Program-made: the position numbers and the translations under genes
NCBI GenBank assembly: GCA_020348445.1
Contig: CP070751.1
Location: forward strand, 2,924,852 to 2,958,888
Direction: 5' to 3'
DNA: 34,037 nt
DNA from: Thermoplasmata archaeon
GTDB taxonomy: Archaea > Thermoplasmatota > Thermoplasmata > GCA-020350865
The notes under the pieces: model-generated
What the model was told of the DNA's origin: nothing
Databases searched by the model: none
Seen by the model: the letters and a program-made list of their open reading frames with translations, nothing else
In this document: positions 16,996-26,544 of the stretch, piece by piece
Layout: every line of letters begins with the position of its first letter
How positions within the stretch are numbered: the first letter of the stretch is position 1

Positions 16996-19845
16996 ATGAA
17001 GACAACGATGGTTTTTGGAATAATATTGAGCCTTTTGTTAAGTATGAATTCTTTGATTTCAGGTGTCAATCCTGTTTCTCACGAAGCACCATGTAGTTCT
17101 TGGTATTATGATAGCTCAATTCTCGATGAAACTTGTAACTTCGAGGACGATATGTTTTACTCAAATTTGGATAAACCACTATTTGTTCCAAATGAATTGA
17201 TCATCAAATTTAATGAGGAGGAAAAAATTGTACTTTCGAAATCACCACAAAAGAGCATAACCACAGGGCTTGATTCAACGGATAGGTTAAACATGAGATA
17301 TCGTGTTATTTCTGCTGAACCACTCTTCGATACAGATCCAATCGAACCGCTCTCTAACATCTTTGTGTTCACGTTTCCAGAGAAGACGAACCTTCGTAAA
17401 GCTGCTTCCGAATACGCTAACGATCTAAATGTAGAATTTGCAGAACCAAATTTTCTCTACCACCCGCTTGGTGTCCCTAACGACCCCTATTTTGATATGC
17501 AATGGGCGTTGAATAACACCGGGCAAACCGGGGGAACACCTGATGCCGATATAGATGCCCCTGAAGCTTGGGATCTTGAGCAGGGCGATCCAAGCATAAC
17601 TATTGCAATTATTGATACAGGAGTTGATTATACCAATCCAGATATGGGAAATTGTACTGAAGGAATAACGGAACAAGATTATATTTTAGAATCGTCTCAC
17701 CCTATCAATTGGTCGAATTCGTCAGAAACTATGAAACAGATATCCTTTCCGGAATATGATTCTGTTTCACTACATTTATCGCATTTTGATTTAGGTGGTA
17801 ACTCACGATTTGTCATCTCCAATAATGTACCTGGAAAAATATTTTCAAAAAAGTTATTTTCTGGAGGTAGTTACAATGGGACGGGGGCAAATATATGGAC
17901 AAAATTCTCTGAATTTAGAAGCGGAAATAATATAGATATCCTGGTTGACCAACGCACGTTTCCTTACCCTGAGGTTTGGGGGTATGCAATAGATAAAATC
18001 AAAACACAAATTTGGAATCCACTAAGTAAAATCTCTGAGAAATATGCAGATGGATATGACTTCTACTATCACAATCCAGATCCAATGGATGATATGGGAC
18101 ATGGAACACATTGCGCTGGAATCGCTGCTGCAGTGACAAATAATTACCATGGCATTGCAGGAGTGGCTGGAAACTGTAAAATCTTGCCAATAAAAGTCGG
18201 TGGTTCAGGTACTGGTGCTTCGAAACTCTCGTTTATCTCCCGAGCAATCTTTTTTGCAGTACGCAAAGGGGCTGATATTATTAGTTTAAGTCTTGGAGGA
18301 ATCAACAGCATTGTTGGACAACTTCTCATGGCTTATGCTAACGCACGAGGTGTTATCATTGTTGCAGCAGCTGGAAATGAAAATATGAATCTGAAAAGTC
18401 TCTCATGGCCAGCAAGCCACAAAGATGTCATTGCTGTTGCCGCTACAGATGCAAATGATTCAAAAGCATGGTTTTCCAATTATGGACCGTGGGTTGATGT
18501 TGCAGCACCTGGGATGGATATTCTTTCCCTCCGTGCACATGGAACAGATATGTATCTTCTAGAAGGATCATATAATCCTGGGGCGGCGTTCGTTCCTGCT
18601 TTTGACAATAATGCGACACTTTATAGAGCAAGTGGAACAAGTATGGCATGTCCTTTTGTGGCCGGTGTTGCAGCTCTCATTCTCTCAAAGAATCCTAATC
18701 TTACCCCTATTCAAGTAAGAACAATTTTACGATCAAGTACTGATGAGGTTTTATCAGATTTATATATTGGAACAGGGCGAATTAATGCACATACAGCATT
18801 ATTAAAGACTTTTCCAGTTAGTTCTGAACTTGATGATTCATTAAATGGAGCTGAAGTGAAGGGAACTAAAAAAATCAAAGGTATTGCAGAAGGAGAGCAA
18901 TTCAAAGGATATGAGGTTGAGTATGCACTTGGAGTATATCCTGATGAAGAAAGTTGGGTACTACTGGCTAATTCATCTTCACCAGAAAATGGAATATTAG
19001 CTTCTTTAGACACAACTATTCTTAATGAAGGCATTTACACAATTAGATTACAAGTAACTGCAGGAAATTATTCATATGAAGATAGAAAGCTTATTATTGT
19101 CAATAACAAACCAAATACATTTTATGTTGATGATGACAATGTTGTTGGACCATGGTATGGAACCCAGGAATATCCTTTCAAAACTATTCAGAATGCTCTG
19201 GACAGTTGTGGAAGTTTTCGTGATGAAGTTTATGTCTATAGCGGCATTTATTCAGAGAAAAGCGTACTTGGAAAAGGTATTAATATCTGGTCAGAACTAG
19301 CCGCTCGAGAAAGAGGAAAATCAGTAAAAATTCGAGGTGAAAATAAAAACACAACAATTCTTGATGGAAGCGGTATTCAAGCTGGAAATTTGTTGCCACC
19401 TGCTGCTTTTATTTTAATACATGCAAAATTCGTTACAATAACAGGATTTACTTTTAGAAACTTTACATTTAGTGGTATCTTTGGATTGCTAGATCATTTT
19501 AATAGGATTTTTGACAATTGTTTCGTTAATAATGGAGTTGGATTATTCCTATTTGATTCTTTCTTTAATATGATTTATAATAATAATTTTATCTCCAATA
19601 GGTTTCATGTTATCTCTGCAGGTGTTAACATGTGGTATAATCCCATACTATTGCGTGGTAATTATTGGGATGATTACGAAAAGAAGTATCCAAAGGCAAA
19701 TCCTAGACTTATTTTACCGTGGGTTTGGAATATTCCATATAAATCTGCAGGAGCTATTAGTTTACTACCCCCATATATCTCCCGTCCTGAAATCTTTCGC
19801 TTTATGTGGAATAATGATAGATTTCCCCTTATATATCCATCTTAA
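16996..19845 (+). CDS. Secreted multidomain S8 (subtilisin-like) serine protease with a CUB-like insert and a C-terminal beta-helix/NosD-like region
   Basis: Signal-peptide-like N-terminus and a prodomain ending VEFAEPN. Catalytic triad IIDTG (D207), GHGTHCAG (H369), GTSMACP (S549), and oxyanion AAAGN. The C-terminus has YVDDDN...PFKTIQ.A and GNYWDDY. Confidence 0.9.
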   Translation: MKTTMVFGIILSLLLSMNSLISGVNPVSHEAPCSSWYYDSSILDETCNFEDDMFYSNLDKPLFVPNELIIKFNEEEKIVLSKSPQKSITTGLDSTDRLNMRYRVISAEPLFDTDPIEPLSNIFVFTFPEKTNLRKAASEYANDLNVEFAEPNFLYHPLGVPNDPYFDMQWALNNTGQTGGTPDADIDAPEAWDLEQGDPSITIAIIDTGVDYTNPDMGNCTEGITEQDYILESSHPINWSNSSETMKQISFPEYDSVSLHLSHFDLGGNSRFVISNNVPGKIFSKKLFSGGSYNGTGANIWTKFSEFRSGNNIDILVDQRTFPYPEVWGYAIDKIKTQIWNPLSKISEKYADGYDFYYHNPDPMDDMGHGTHCAGIAAAVTNNYHGIAGVAGNCKILPIKVGGSGTGASKLSFISRAIFFAVRKGADIISLSLGGINSIVGQLLMAYANARGVIIVAAAGNENMNLKSLSWPASHKDVIAVAATDANDSKAWFSNYGPWVDVAAPGMDILSLRAHGTDMYLLEGSYNPGAAFVPAFDNNATLYRASGTSMACPFVAGVAALILSKNPNLTPIQVRTILRSSTDEVLSDLYIGTGRINAHTALLKTFPVSSELDDSLNGAEVKGTKKIKGIAEGEQFKGYEVEYALGVYPDEESWVLLANSSSPENGILASLDTTILNEGIYTIRLQVTAGNYSYEDRKLIIVNNKPNTFYVDDDNVVGPWYGTQEYPFKTIQNALDSCGSFRDEVYVYSGIYSEKSVLGKGINIWSELAARERGKSVKIRGENKNTTILDGSGIQAGNLLPPAAFILIHAKFVTITGFTFRNFTFSGIFGLLDHFNRIFDNCFVNNGVGLFLFDSFFNMIYNNNFISNRFHVISAGVNMWYNPILLRGNYWDDYEKKYPKANPRLILPWVWNIPYKSAGAISLLPPYISRPEIFRFMWNNDRFPLIYPS

Positions 19846-20125
19846 AGTTTAAGTGATAATAACATAATTTGGAGGATTCATAGCTGATATAGATAAGTTC
19901 CAATTCCAGCGTTTTTATCATTATAAGATAAAAATCAATCTAATCAATTCGGCGGCTTCATATTATTACATTTATGTTGACTAATTAAATCATGAAAAAC
20001 TGTAAATTATTAGAAGATAGAAAATCAGTGTATTCTGAATTTATTTATTGTTCTTAGAAAAACATTTATCTCACCTATTTATAACCTCCCTTGAACCTGT
20101 TACATATAAAGGGAGACATAGAAAC

Positions 20126-21892
20126 ATGTTGACACTTGGGGAGACATTGGATAGAGCTGCAATAGCATTTCCAGACAAAGAAGTAATTTGTTACCCCGGC
20201 AAGAAAGAGGAGAGGATTACTTATGCAGGGCTTAACGAAAGAGTAAATCGCCTAGCAGGCGGCCTAGTGAAGATAGGCATTAAAGCAGGTGATAAAGTTG
20301 CACTATGGATGCCAAATCGCCCAGAATGGATTGTGACATTATTTGCTGTGGCCAGGATTGGTGCTATTCTAGTTCCTATGGATACGTGGTATAAAGCCTC
20401 AGAGGCAGAGTATATTTTAAACCATTCTGATTCTGTGGCAGTAATTACCCCAAAGAGTTTTGGTAAAAATGATTTTATTAGCATGCTACAAGAGGCAAAA
20501 CCACATCTCCCAAAGCTCAAGCACATTATCGTTATTGATGAGGTTGTTGCGGGCACCGTTTCTTATCAATCTGTACTAGAGATGGGTGACGACTGGAGAG
20601 AGAATCAGGAATATACAGACCGACGCTTTCAAAACGATCTCGAAAATGTAGTATTCATCATCTACACCAGTGGCACAACTGGGAAACCAAAAGGAGCCAT
20701 GCTCAGTCACATGAATATTGTAGCAAACGCAAAGGATGCAGCGTCAATAATGCAGGTCAACCATAAGGATCGATTCCTTGTCCCAGTCCCTTTCTCACAT
20801 CTATTCGGTTGCGTATTAGGTATAGCTTTAACCATTGTTCATGGGGCAAGTATAGTTGTCATGGAGTCCTTTGAGCCTGAAGATGTTCTGAAAACAATAG
20901 AGAAGGAGAGGTGTACTGTATGCCATGGAGTTCCTACGATGTTTATCCGTGAGTTGGAGGTGTTGAAGGTAAGAAAGTATGATATGGGTTCCCTTAGAAC
21001 AGGAATTATCGCTGGTGCCCCGTGTCCAGTGGATACAATGCAAGGGATCATGAGCATTATGAATTGTAATATCTGTATAGGTTACGGATTAACTGAATGT
21101 AGCTTGGTCACATTAACTAGATTTGATGATATACCCCATCAAAGAGTTATGACCGTCGGTCGCGCATTGCCAAATGTAGAGGTAAAAATAGTAGATGAAA
21201 AGCGAAACTCAGTATCTATGGGAGAGACAGGCGAGTTGGCATGTAGAGGTTACAACGTGATGAAAGGCTATTACAAGATGCCTGAACAGACAGCAGAAAC
21301 TATAGATAAAGATGGTTGGCTTTATACTGGAGATCTAGCCACGGTCGATGAAAACGGTTATTACAAAATTGTGGGACGTAAGAAGGATATGGTTATCGTA
21401 GGTGGATTTAATGTCTACCCGAGGGAGTTGGAGGAGTACTTGATATCTGATCCAAAGATTCAACAAATTGCTGTGGTAGGAGTTCCAGATCATGACATGG
21501 GCGAACTAATAGCTGTAGTTATTGTTCCTGAGCCACGTGTAAAGATCACAGGGCAAGAAATCGTTGATCTCTGCTATGGTAAAATGGCAAGCGCCAAAGT
21601 CCCCCGATACGTATTTATAGAGAAAGAAATGCCAGTTAGTAGCAGAGGCAAGGTACAAAAATACATACTTCGGAGTAAACTGGCTGAGAGGATTAAGAAA
21701 GAAGGGATAAAGAAGATTGCGCCTACTGAAGTAAAGATGAAAAAGAAGAAGGATACATTAGAGACGGTTATAGATAAGCTCATGGCAACGGGTAAATTGG
21801 TGCCAGATCAAAAGGCTGATTTGGAGAAACTTTTACTATCTCTTAACGAGGAGCAAGATATGCTGTTTAAGAAGCTTGTATTAGGTAAATAG
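20126..21892 (+). CDS. AMP-forming acyl-CoA synthetase (ANL superfamily) with a C-terminal extension
   Basis: YTSGTTGKPKG, GYGLTE, TGDL, GRKKDM..GGFNVYPRE and SRGKVQK. Start reassigned to ATG 20126 after GGGAGA. Confidence 0.9.
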   Translation: MLTLGETLDRAAIAFPDKEVICYPGKKEERITYAGLNERVNRLAGGLVKIGIKAGDKVALWMPNRPEWIVTLFAVARIGAILVPMDTWYKASEAEYILNHSDSVAVITPKSFGKNDFISMLQEAKPHLPKLKHIIVIDEVVAGTVSYQSVLEMGDDWRENQEYTDRRFQNDLENVVFIIYTSGTTGKPKGAMLSHMNIVANAKDAASIMQVNHKDRFLVPVPFSHLFGCVLGIALTIVHGASIVVMESFEPEDVLKTIEKERCTVCHGVPTMFIRELEVLKVRKYDMGSLRTGIIAGAPCPVDTMQGIMSIMNCNICIGYGLTECSLVTLTRFDDIPHQRVMTVGRALPNVEVKIVDEKRNSVSMGETGELACRGYNVMKGYYKMPEQTAETIDKDGWLYTGDLATVDENGYYKIVGRKKDMVIVGGFNVYPRELEEYLISDPKIQQIAVVGVPDHDMGELIAVVIVPEPRVKITGQEIVDLCYGKMASAKVPRYVFIEKEMPVSSRGKVQKYILRSKLAERIKKEGIKKIAPTEVKMKKKKDTLETVIDKLMATGKLVPDQKADLEKLLLSLNEEQDMLFKKLVLGK

Positions 21893-21929
21893 GGTTTTTA
21901 GAAAACATAAATTATAATATTATTTAGTA

Positions 21930-22349
21930 TTATTTGATTTTTTCAAGTGAATAATAGAGCTTTATATCAGGTATCTCCTCGAATATCTTAGGTACTGCTT
22001 TTAACCGCATTTCTATCTCAATTTGTTCCTCCGGGACATCCACCCAGCCTAGGAGTCGTCCACCATCATCTAGATCCAAAACGCCAATTATGTATGGCGC
22101 GATATCGTCAAAACCTGTAGGTGCTGCATAGATGATAGTATATGTGTGTAATCTCCCTTTACCAGTTGTTTCAACCCATTCAAACTCATCTGAAAAGCAT
22201 TTAATGCAGTCGGCTCGTGGTGGAAAGTAAAACTCGCCGCATTTCTTGCATCTTGTACCCATCAGCTTCCCATCTTTTAAGTAATCAGCGAACTTAGTGA
22301 CCTTTGTGTATGGTACAAAGTTTATCTTTCCAAAGTAGTGGAATGGCAT
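21930..22349 (-). CDS. DUF35 Zn-ribbon/OB-fold thiolase partner
   Basis: RCKKCG...PPRADC..C Zn ribbon followed by an OB-fold. It is coupled to the thiolase, and the start is reassigned to ATG 22349 after GGAGGTGA. Confidence 0.88.
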   Translation of the reverse strand: MPFHYFGKINFVPYTKVTKFADYLKDGKLMGTRCKKCGEFYFPPRADCIKCFSDEFEWVETTGKGRLHTYTIIYAAPTGFDDIAPYIIGVLDLDDGGRLLGWVDVPEEQIEIEMRLKAVPKIFEEIPDIKLYYSLEKIK

Positions 22350-22353
22350 TTTC

Positions 22354-23502
22354 TCACCTCCCATGTATATGGACAAAGCAGTACTGACCTATGCCACCAA
22401 CGTTGTGTGTCAATCCTATTTCTGCATCTACTTGTCTTTTCCCTGCTTCTCCCCTAAGTTGTTTTACAATCTCTGTTGTCATTGATACTCCTGTAGCTCC
22501 TACGGGGTGACCTTTAGCCTTAAGGCCACCATCAATGTTCACAGGAGTTTTACCACCGATATAACTCTGTTTCTCTTCTATAAATTTTCCTCCCTTGCCT
22601 TTCTCACAGAAACCTAGGTCTTCATAAGCCATGATTTCTGCTATGGTGAAGCAGTCGTGTACATCTGCCACATCGACATCTTTGGGTTTAATGCCTGCTT
22701 GTTTATATGCTTGTTTCGATGCCTCCACTGTACTTGGTATTCCTACAAGGTGTGGTCGACGTAGTACTGACATTTCAGCTGATGCACATCCTAAACCCTC
22801 AAGCCATATAGGGGTATCATTTAGTTTCTTTGCATTCTTTTCATTTGTCATGATTATGCAGGCGGCTCCATCAGCATTTGCGCAGCAGTCAAAGACGTTA
22901 AGAGGATAGGCTACTTTATCTGAGGCGAGGCATTTCTCAATGGTGACTTCTTTTTGAAACATCGCCTTTGGATTCATGGTGCCATAGTGATGGTTTTTAA
23001 CAGCCACCATCGCCATCTGCTCCTTTGTAGTCCTAAATTCATACATATGCCGTGTGGCATACAATGCATAGTATCCTGGAAATGTAGTACCAAAAATGGA
23101 CTCCCATTGTACATCTCCTACTCTACCCATAAGAGCTAGTATCTCGGGCGTTGTAAGCTCTGTCATCTTCTGTAGGCCTATCACAGCTACGACCTCTTGC
23201 ATTCCAGATTTTATAGCCACATATGCCGTGCGTATAGCCGCGCTACCAGAGGCACAGGCAGCTTCGGTAAGCCAAGTAGGCTGTGGATTCACCCCTAGAT
23301 ACTCTGCTACAACTCCTGGCAAAGAACGCTGTTTATGATATTCTGGAGACGAGCCTATTATCGTGGCATCGATATCATGCTGGGTTATGTCACCAGCATC
23401 TATCAATGCTTCCCTAAAGGGCTCAAATGCAAGCTCCTGAACTGTCGCATCACTCCTTCGCCCAAACTTGCCGTGACCTATGCCAACGATTCCCACCTTC
23501 AT
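22354..23502 (-). CDS. Thiolase, archaeal/SCP2-like type (DUF35-associated)
   Basis: Catalytic EAACASG, HDCF, and GGLKAKGHPVGATG motifs. Confidence 0.9.
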   Translation of the reverse strand: MKVGIVGIGHGKFGRRSDATVQELAFEPFREALIDAGDITQHDIDATIIGSSPEYHKQRSLPGVVAEYLGVNPQPTWLTEAACASGSAAIRTAYVAIKSGMQEVVAVIGLQKMTELTTPEILALMGRVGDVQWESIFGTTFPGYYALYATRHMYEFRTTKEQMAMVAVKNHHYGTMNPKAMFQKEVTIEKCLASDKVAYPLNVFDCCANADGAACIIMTNEKNAKKLNDTPIWLEGLGCASAEMSVLRRPHLVGIPSTVEASKQAYKQAGIKPKDVDVADVHDCFTIAEIMAYEDLGFCEKGKGGKFIEEKQSYIGGKTPVNIDGGLKAKGHPVGATGVSMTTEIVKQLRGEAGKRQVDAEIGLTHNVGGIGQYCFVHIHGR

Positions 23503-23514
23503 TTCAACACCTGT

Positions 23515-24258
23515 TTAAATGTATTGACCACCATCCACCTTGATAACTTCTCCAGTGATATGCCTGGCTCTCTCGCTGCAGAGGAAGGATACAACATTTG
23601 CTATATCCTCAGGAGTAGCGAGCCTGCCTAAAACAGTCTCATCAACGGCTGTTTTTATGAATTCTGGCGGTATAGATTTTGCCATCTCTGTCATAACCAT
23701 ACCTGGTGCAACAGCATTAACGTTTACATTGAACTTTCCTAGCTCCTTTGCTAAGGCTTTAGTAAGCGCGATCTCGCCACCCTTAGAAGCAGAGTAATTT
23801 GTTTGACCAAATTTGCCACGCAACCCGTTTATGGACGTAATATTCACGATTTTACCATACCTCTGATCCTTGAAAAAACCAGCCGCTAGCTTGTTGTATA
23901 TGAAGTATCCTTTCAAATTTACCGCGATAACTTGGTCCCATTCGTCTTCACTCATCTTCCAAATTACTCTATCACGAGTGATACCGGCATTGCATACAAG
24001 AATGTCTAATCGACCAAGATTATCAATAACCTTAGAGAACATTTTCTGTGCATCCAAATGGTTAGTTACATCTGCCTTAATTGCCAAGGCTTTCCTACCC
24101 AGCTTTTCGATTTGTTTAACTATCTCCTTAGCCTCTTTGTCATGCCTACGATAGTTAATAGCTACATTTGCACCATCCTCAGCTAGTTTTACTGCGATAA
24201 CTGCGCCTATGCCTAAGCTGCCGCCCGTCACAATGGCATTCTTACCATCTAGTTCCAA
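23515..24258 (-). CDS. Short-chain dehydrogenase/reductase (FabG/PhaB-like 3-oxoacyl-CoA reductase)
   Basis: TGGSLGIG, NAG, catalytic YSASK, and NAVAPG. Start reassigned to TTG 24258 after GGAGAATGA. Confidence 0.88.
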   Translation of the reverse strand: MELDGKNAIVTGGSLGIGAVIAVKLAEDGANVAINYRRHDKEAKEIVKQIEKLGRKALAIKADVTNHLDAQKMFSKVIDNLGRLDILVCNAGITRDRVIWKMSEDEWDQVIAVNLKGYFIYNKLAAGFFKDQRYGKIVNITSINGLRGKFGQTNYSASKGGEIALTKALAKELGKFNVNVNAVAPGMVMTEMAKSIPPEFIKTAVDETVLGRLATPEDIANVVSFLCSERARHITGEVIKVDGGQYI

Positions 24259-24400
24259 AATATCATTCTCCAGCAAATTTAAAACCAGATAAACATGAAG
24301 TAATATTTTAAAATTGGGTTCCTCAATCATTTTTTACAATGATTACATGCAGAAATTCAGCAAAAATGGGGAGTTTTCCACTTAAATAATCCCTTATCTT

Positions 24401-25234
24401 TTAGGTCTTTAATCCTAGCAATTTCTCAGCATTTCTATATAGTATCTTCTCAATGGTTGTTTCTTTAAGACTTAGAGCACATACTGCATCGACATTTTCC
24501 TTAATACTCCCTACCCCTGGCCAATCTGATCCAAATATAACTTTATCAGCATTTTTCTCCAGCTCTGGAAAATATTGCAACAGTTTTTGAGGAGGCAAAC
24601 CACTGATCTCCATATACACATTTTTATGAACTCTTGAAAGAAAAAAAGCTCTATCATACCAGAAGCCACGTCCACTATGAGCCATAATAATCCTCAGGTC
24701 AGGGAAATCCGCTGCTACTTCATCAAGATGTAATGGATCTCCATATTTTAACTTAGAATTCTTGTATATTGATGAACCTGTATGGAACATAACCTGTATG
24801 CCAAGCTCAACAGCCTTCGAATAAAGTGAGTAGATCTTCCTCTGATTCGGGAAGAAATGTTGATAGGATGGATACAGCTTCAAGCCCTTAAATCCCATCC
24901 CCTCAACACAATTTTCCAATACCTTTTCAGGGTTAGAAGTTGTATTTGGATTTATAGAGGCAAAGGGTATGAACCTTTTCCGTCCTTTACAAAAATTTTG
25001 GACGTAGCAGTTTGGTACTACACCTGTTGTTAGAGGAGAGTCTTCTGCTAGGACAACAGCATATGCTACACCCTCTTTTACTAGATATTTTTCCAATCCA
25101 TCAGGATTCATGACATCTTCGAAATTCTCAAAAAGGTAGGGGTTCCTCTCTTTAAGATATTCTATTATCCATGGATGCCAATCCTTTTTTCTGCCAATGT
25201 GAAGATGAAAATCGATGACATTGCCTGTATACAC
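24401..25234 (-). CDS. Amidohydrolase-2 family metal-dependent hydrolase
   Basis: IDFHLH, GLKLYP, MFHTG, AHSG and FGSDWP metal-ligand motifs. Confidence 0.88.
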   Translation of the reverse strand: MYTGNVIDFHLHIGRKKDWHPWIIEYLKERNPYLFENFEDVMNPDGLEKYLVKEGVAYAVVLAEDSPLTTGVVPNCYVQNFCKGRKRFIPFASINPNTTSNPEKVLENCVEGMGFKGLKLYPSYQHFFPNQRKIYSLYSKAVELGIQVMFHTGSSIYKNSKLKYGDPLHLDEVAADFPDLRIIMAHSGRGFWYDRAFFLSRVHKNVYMEISGLPPQKLLQYFPELEKNADKVIFGSDWPGVGSIKENVDAVCALSLKETTIEKILYRNAEKLLGLKT

Positions 25235-25247
25235 AGAGATAGCTCCA

Positions 25248-26384
25248 TTACTTAGTCTTTTTTGGCCTTGGTAGAACTGCCTCGATTAGCTCATCATCGA
25301 ATGGATGTCCCTCTGCTAGCAATCTTCGATATTTCACAAAATCTATGACATCCTTGCCAGTTAGCTTTCTATTGTTAAAGGCATGAAAACCAAGGAATGC
25401 CTCAGTTGCCATGTTGGCTGCGAGCCAATGTCGATTTGCGAGCTTTGTTTGGTCCCAAAAGAACTTCTTTTTCATTCTTATGCCATCAATGGATTTTATT
25501 AGGCAGCCAGGCATGAGATTGGTATAAGTCCAAACCATATCGTTCACTGCTTTATCTAAGAGTTCAAAATCTGTTGGAGTAGATTTCATAAACTCCTTCG
25601 CTTTGTTCAATTCCTCTCCTTTGAGAAATTCACCGTAAACAATCTCACCATCCTCTACATATCTATCAGTTACAACCATTGGATTTCTCACGAATTTCTT
25701 ACCCTGCTTCAAAACAGGTTCTACCCTGCTAATGAGACCAACTCGCTTCATCTTGTATGCAGACCATAACTCACAAGAGATGCAGTTCCACATTGCATCC
25801 TCTATTCCTAAATACCATGGGAGAAAATCTGTTGAACCACCATCAGGTGCAGAGCCATGTCGAGGCCCAGCTTGACCAAATAATGCTAGATCTGATGAAA
25901 CGGCGAGATCACAGGCCATACCAATTTCCTGTCCACCAGCGACGCGCATTCCATTCACACGGCAGATGGTTGGTTTTTTACAGCCAAGGATTGCATCTAC
26001 CATAGCATTGAACAGATCCATGTAGTTACCATATTCGTTTGGTTTACCACTGTAATATTCTGCATATTCTTTTGTGTTTCCTCCAGTGCAAAATGCTTTG
26101 TCTCCCACGGCTGTAAATATAGCTGCCACCACGCTACGATCCATCGATGCTCTGTGAAAACCTGCAATTACGCCTTTTACCATTTCTGTAGTATATGAAT
26201 TGTATTGACTTGGATTGTTTAATATAATCCATGCGGAGTTCAAACCATCAACAGTGTTTCCTTCAGGATCAATAACTGGTTTCAATTCATAGATTATGCT
26301 AGGGGGTTCACGACTGAAATATTGGTCGCCCCATAAATCATGATTCTTCAATTCACTATCTCTAGGTAACCATTCTAAGGTCAT
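25248..26384 (-). CDS. oah: 6-oxocyclohex-1-ene-1-carbonyl-CoA hydrolase (ring-opening; Oah/BamA/BzdY)
   Basis: Crotonase fold with NNP.QYNSYTT.MVK, FCTGGNTKEYAEYY, RVNGMRVAGGQEIGMACD, GSAPDGGSTDFLP and NRHWLA.NM, all typical of BamA/Oah. Confidence 0.93.
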   Translation of the reverse strand: MTLEWLPRDSELKNHDLWGDQYFSREPPSIIYELKPVIDPEGNTVDGLNSAWIILNNPSQYNSYTTEMVKGVIAGFHRASMDRSVVAAIFTAVGDKAFCTGGNTKEYAEYYSGKPNEYGNYMDLFNAMVDAILGCKKPTICRVNGMRVAGGQEIGMACDLAVSSDLALFGQAGPRHGSAPDGGSTDFLPWYLGIEDAMWNCISCELWSAYKMKRVGLISRVEPVLKQGKKFVRNPMVVTDRYVEDGEIVYGEFLKGEELNKAKEFMKSTPTDFELLDKAVNDMVWTYTNLMPGCLIKSIDGIRMKKKFFWDQTKLANRHWLAANMATEAFLGFHAFNNRKLTGKDVIDFVKYRRLLAEGHPFDDELIEAVLPRPKKTK

Positions 26385-26435
26385 TTTAGTCCTCCCTTTA
26401 TATTAAAGGTTTATCTTAGGGCAGAATGATATAAC

Positions 26436-26453
26436 ATTATTTATATCTTTTTT
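26436..26453 (-). promoter_or_regulatory. Archaeal-type BRE/TATA promoter for the oah operon
   Basis: Minus strand reads AAAAAAG-ATATAAATAAT, about 50-60 nt upstream of ATG 26384. It is embedded in the inverted repeat GATATAA-N6-TTATATC (26428-26447). Confidence 0.5.
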
Positions 26454-26544
26454 AAAAAACAACCATTTACATAAGGGATACAATACATTAAACAAATAAA
26501 ATTAAATACCACTCTTACCATATCGCTGAGCCAAAGGGAGAGGC

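Noticed and set aside
19871-19984. GGAGG followed by a 34-codon open frame starting at ATA
   Set aside because: No canonical start, no recognisable protein features, and a short frame in AT-rich DNA is expected by chance.
24325-24344. Inverted repeat AATCATT-N6-AATGATT upstream of the SDR, and the track's extended SDR start at 24330
   Set aside because: The arms are AT-only except one base and unlike the other palindromes. The extended N-terminus lacks an RBS, whereas TTG 24258 has one.
26448-26459. TTTTTTAAAAAA palindrome in the oah/had divergent region
   Set aside because: Low complexity, and explained as BRE-like A-runs for divergent promoters.
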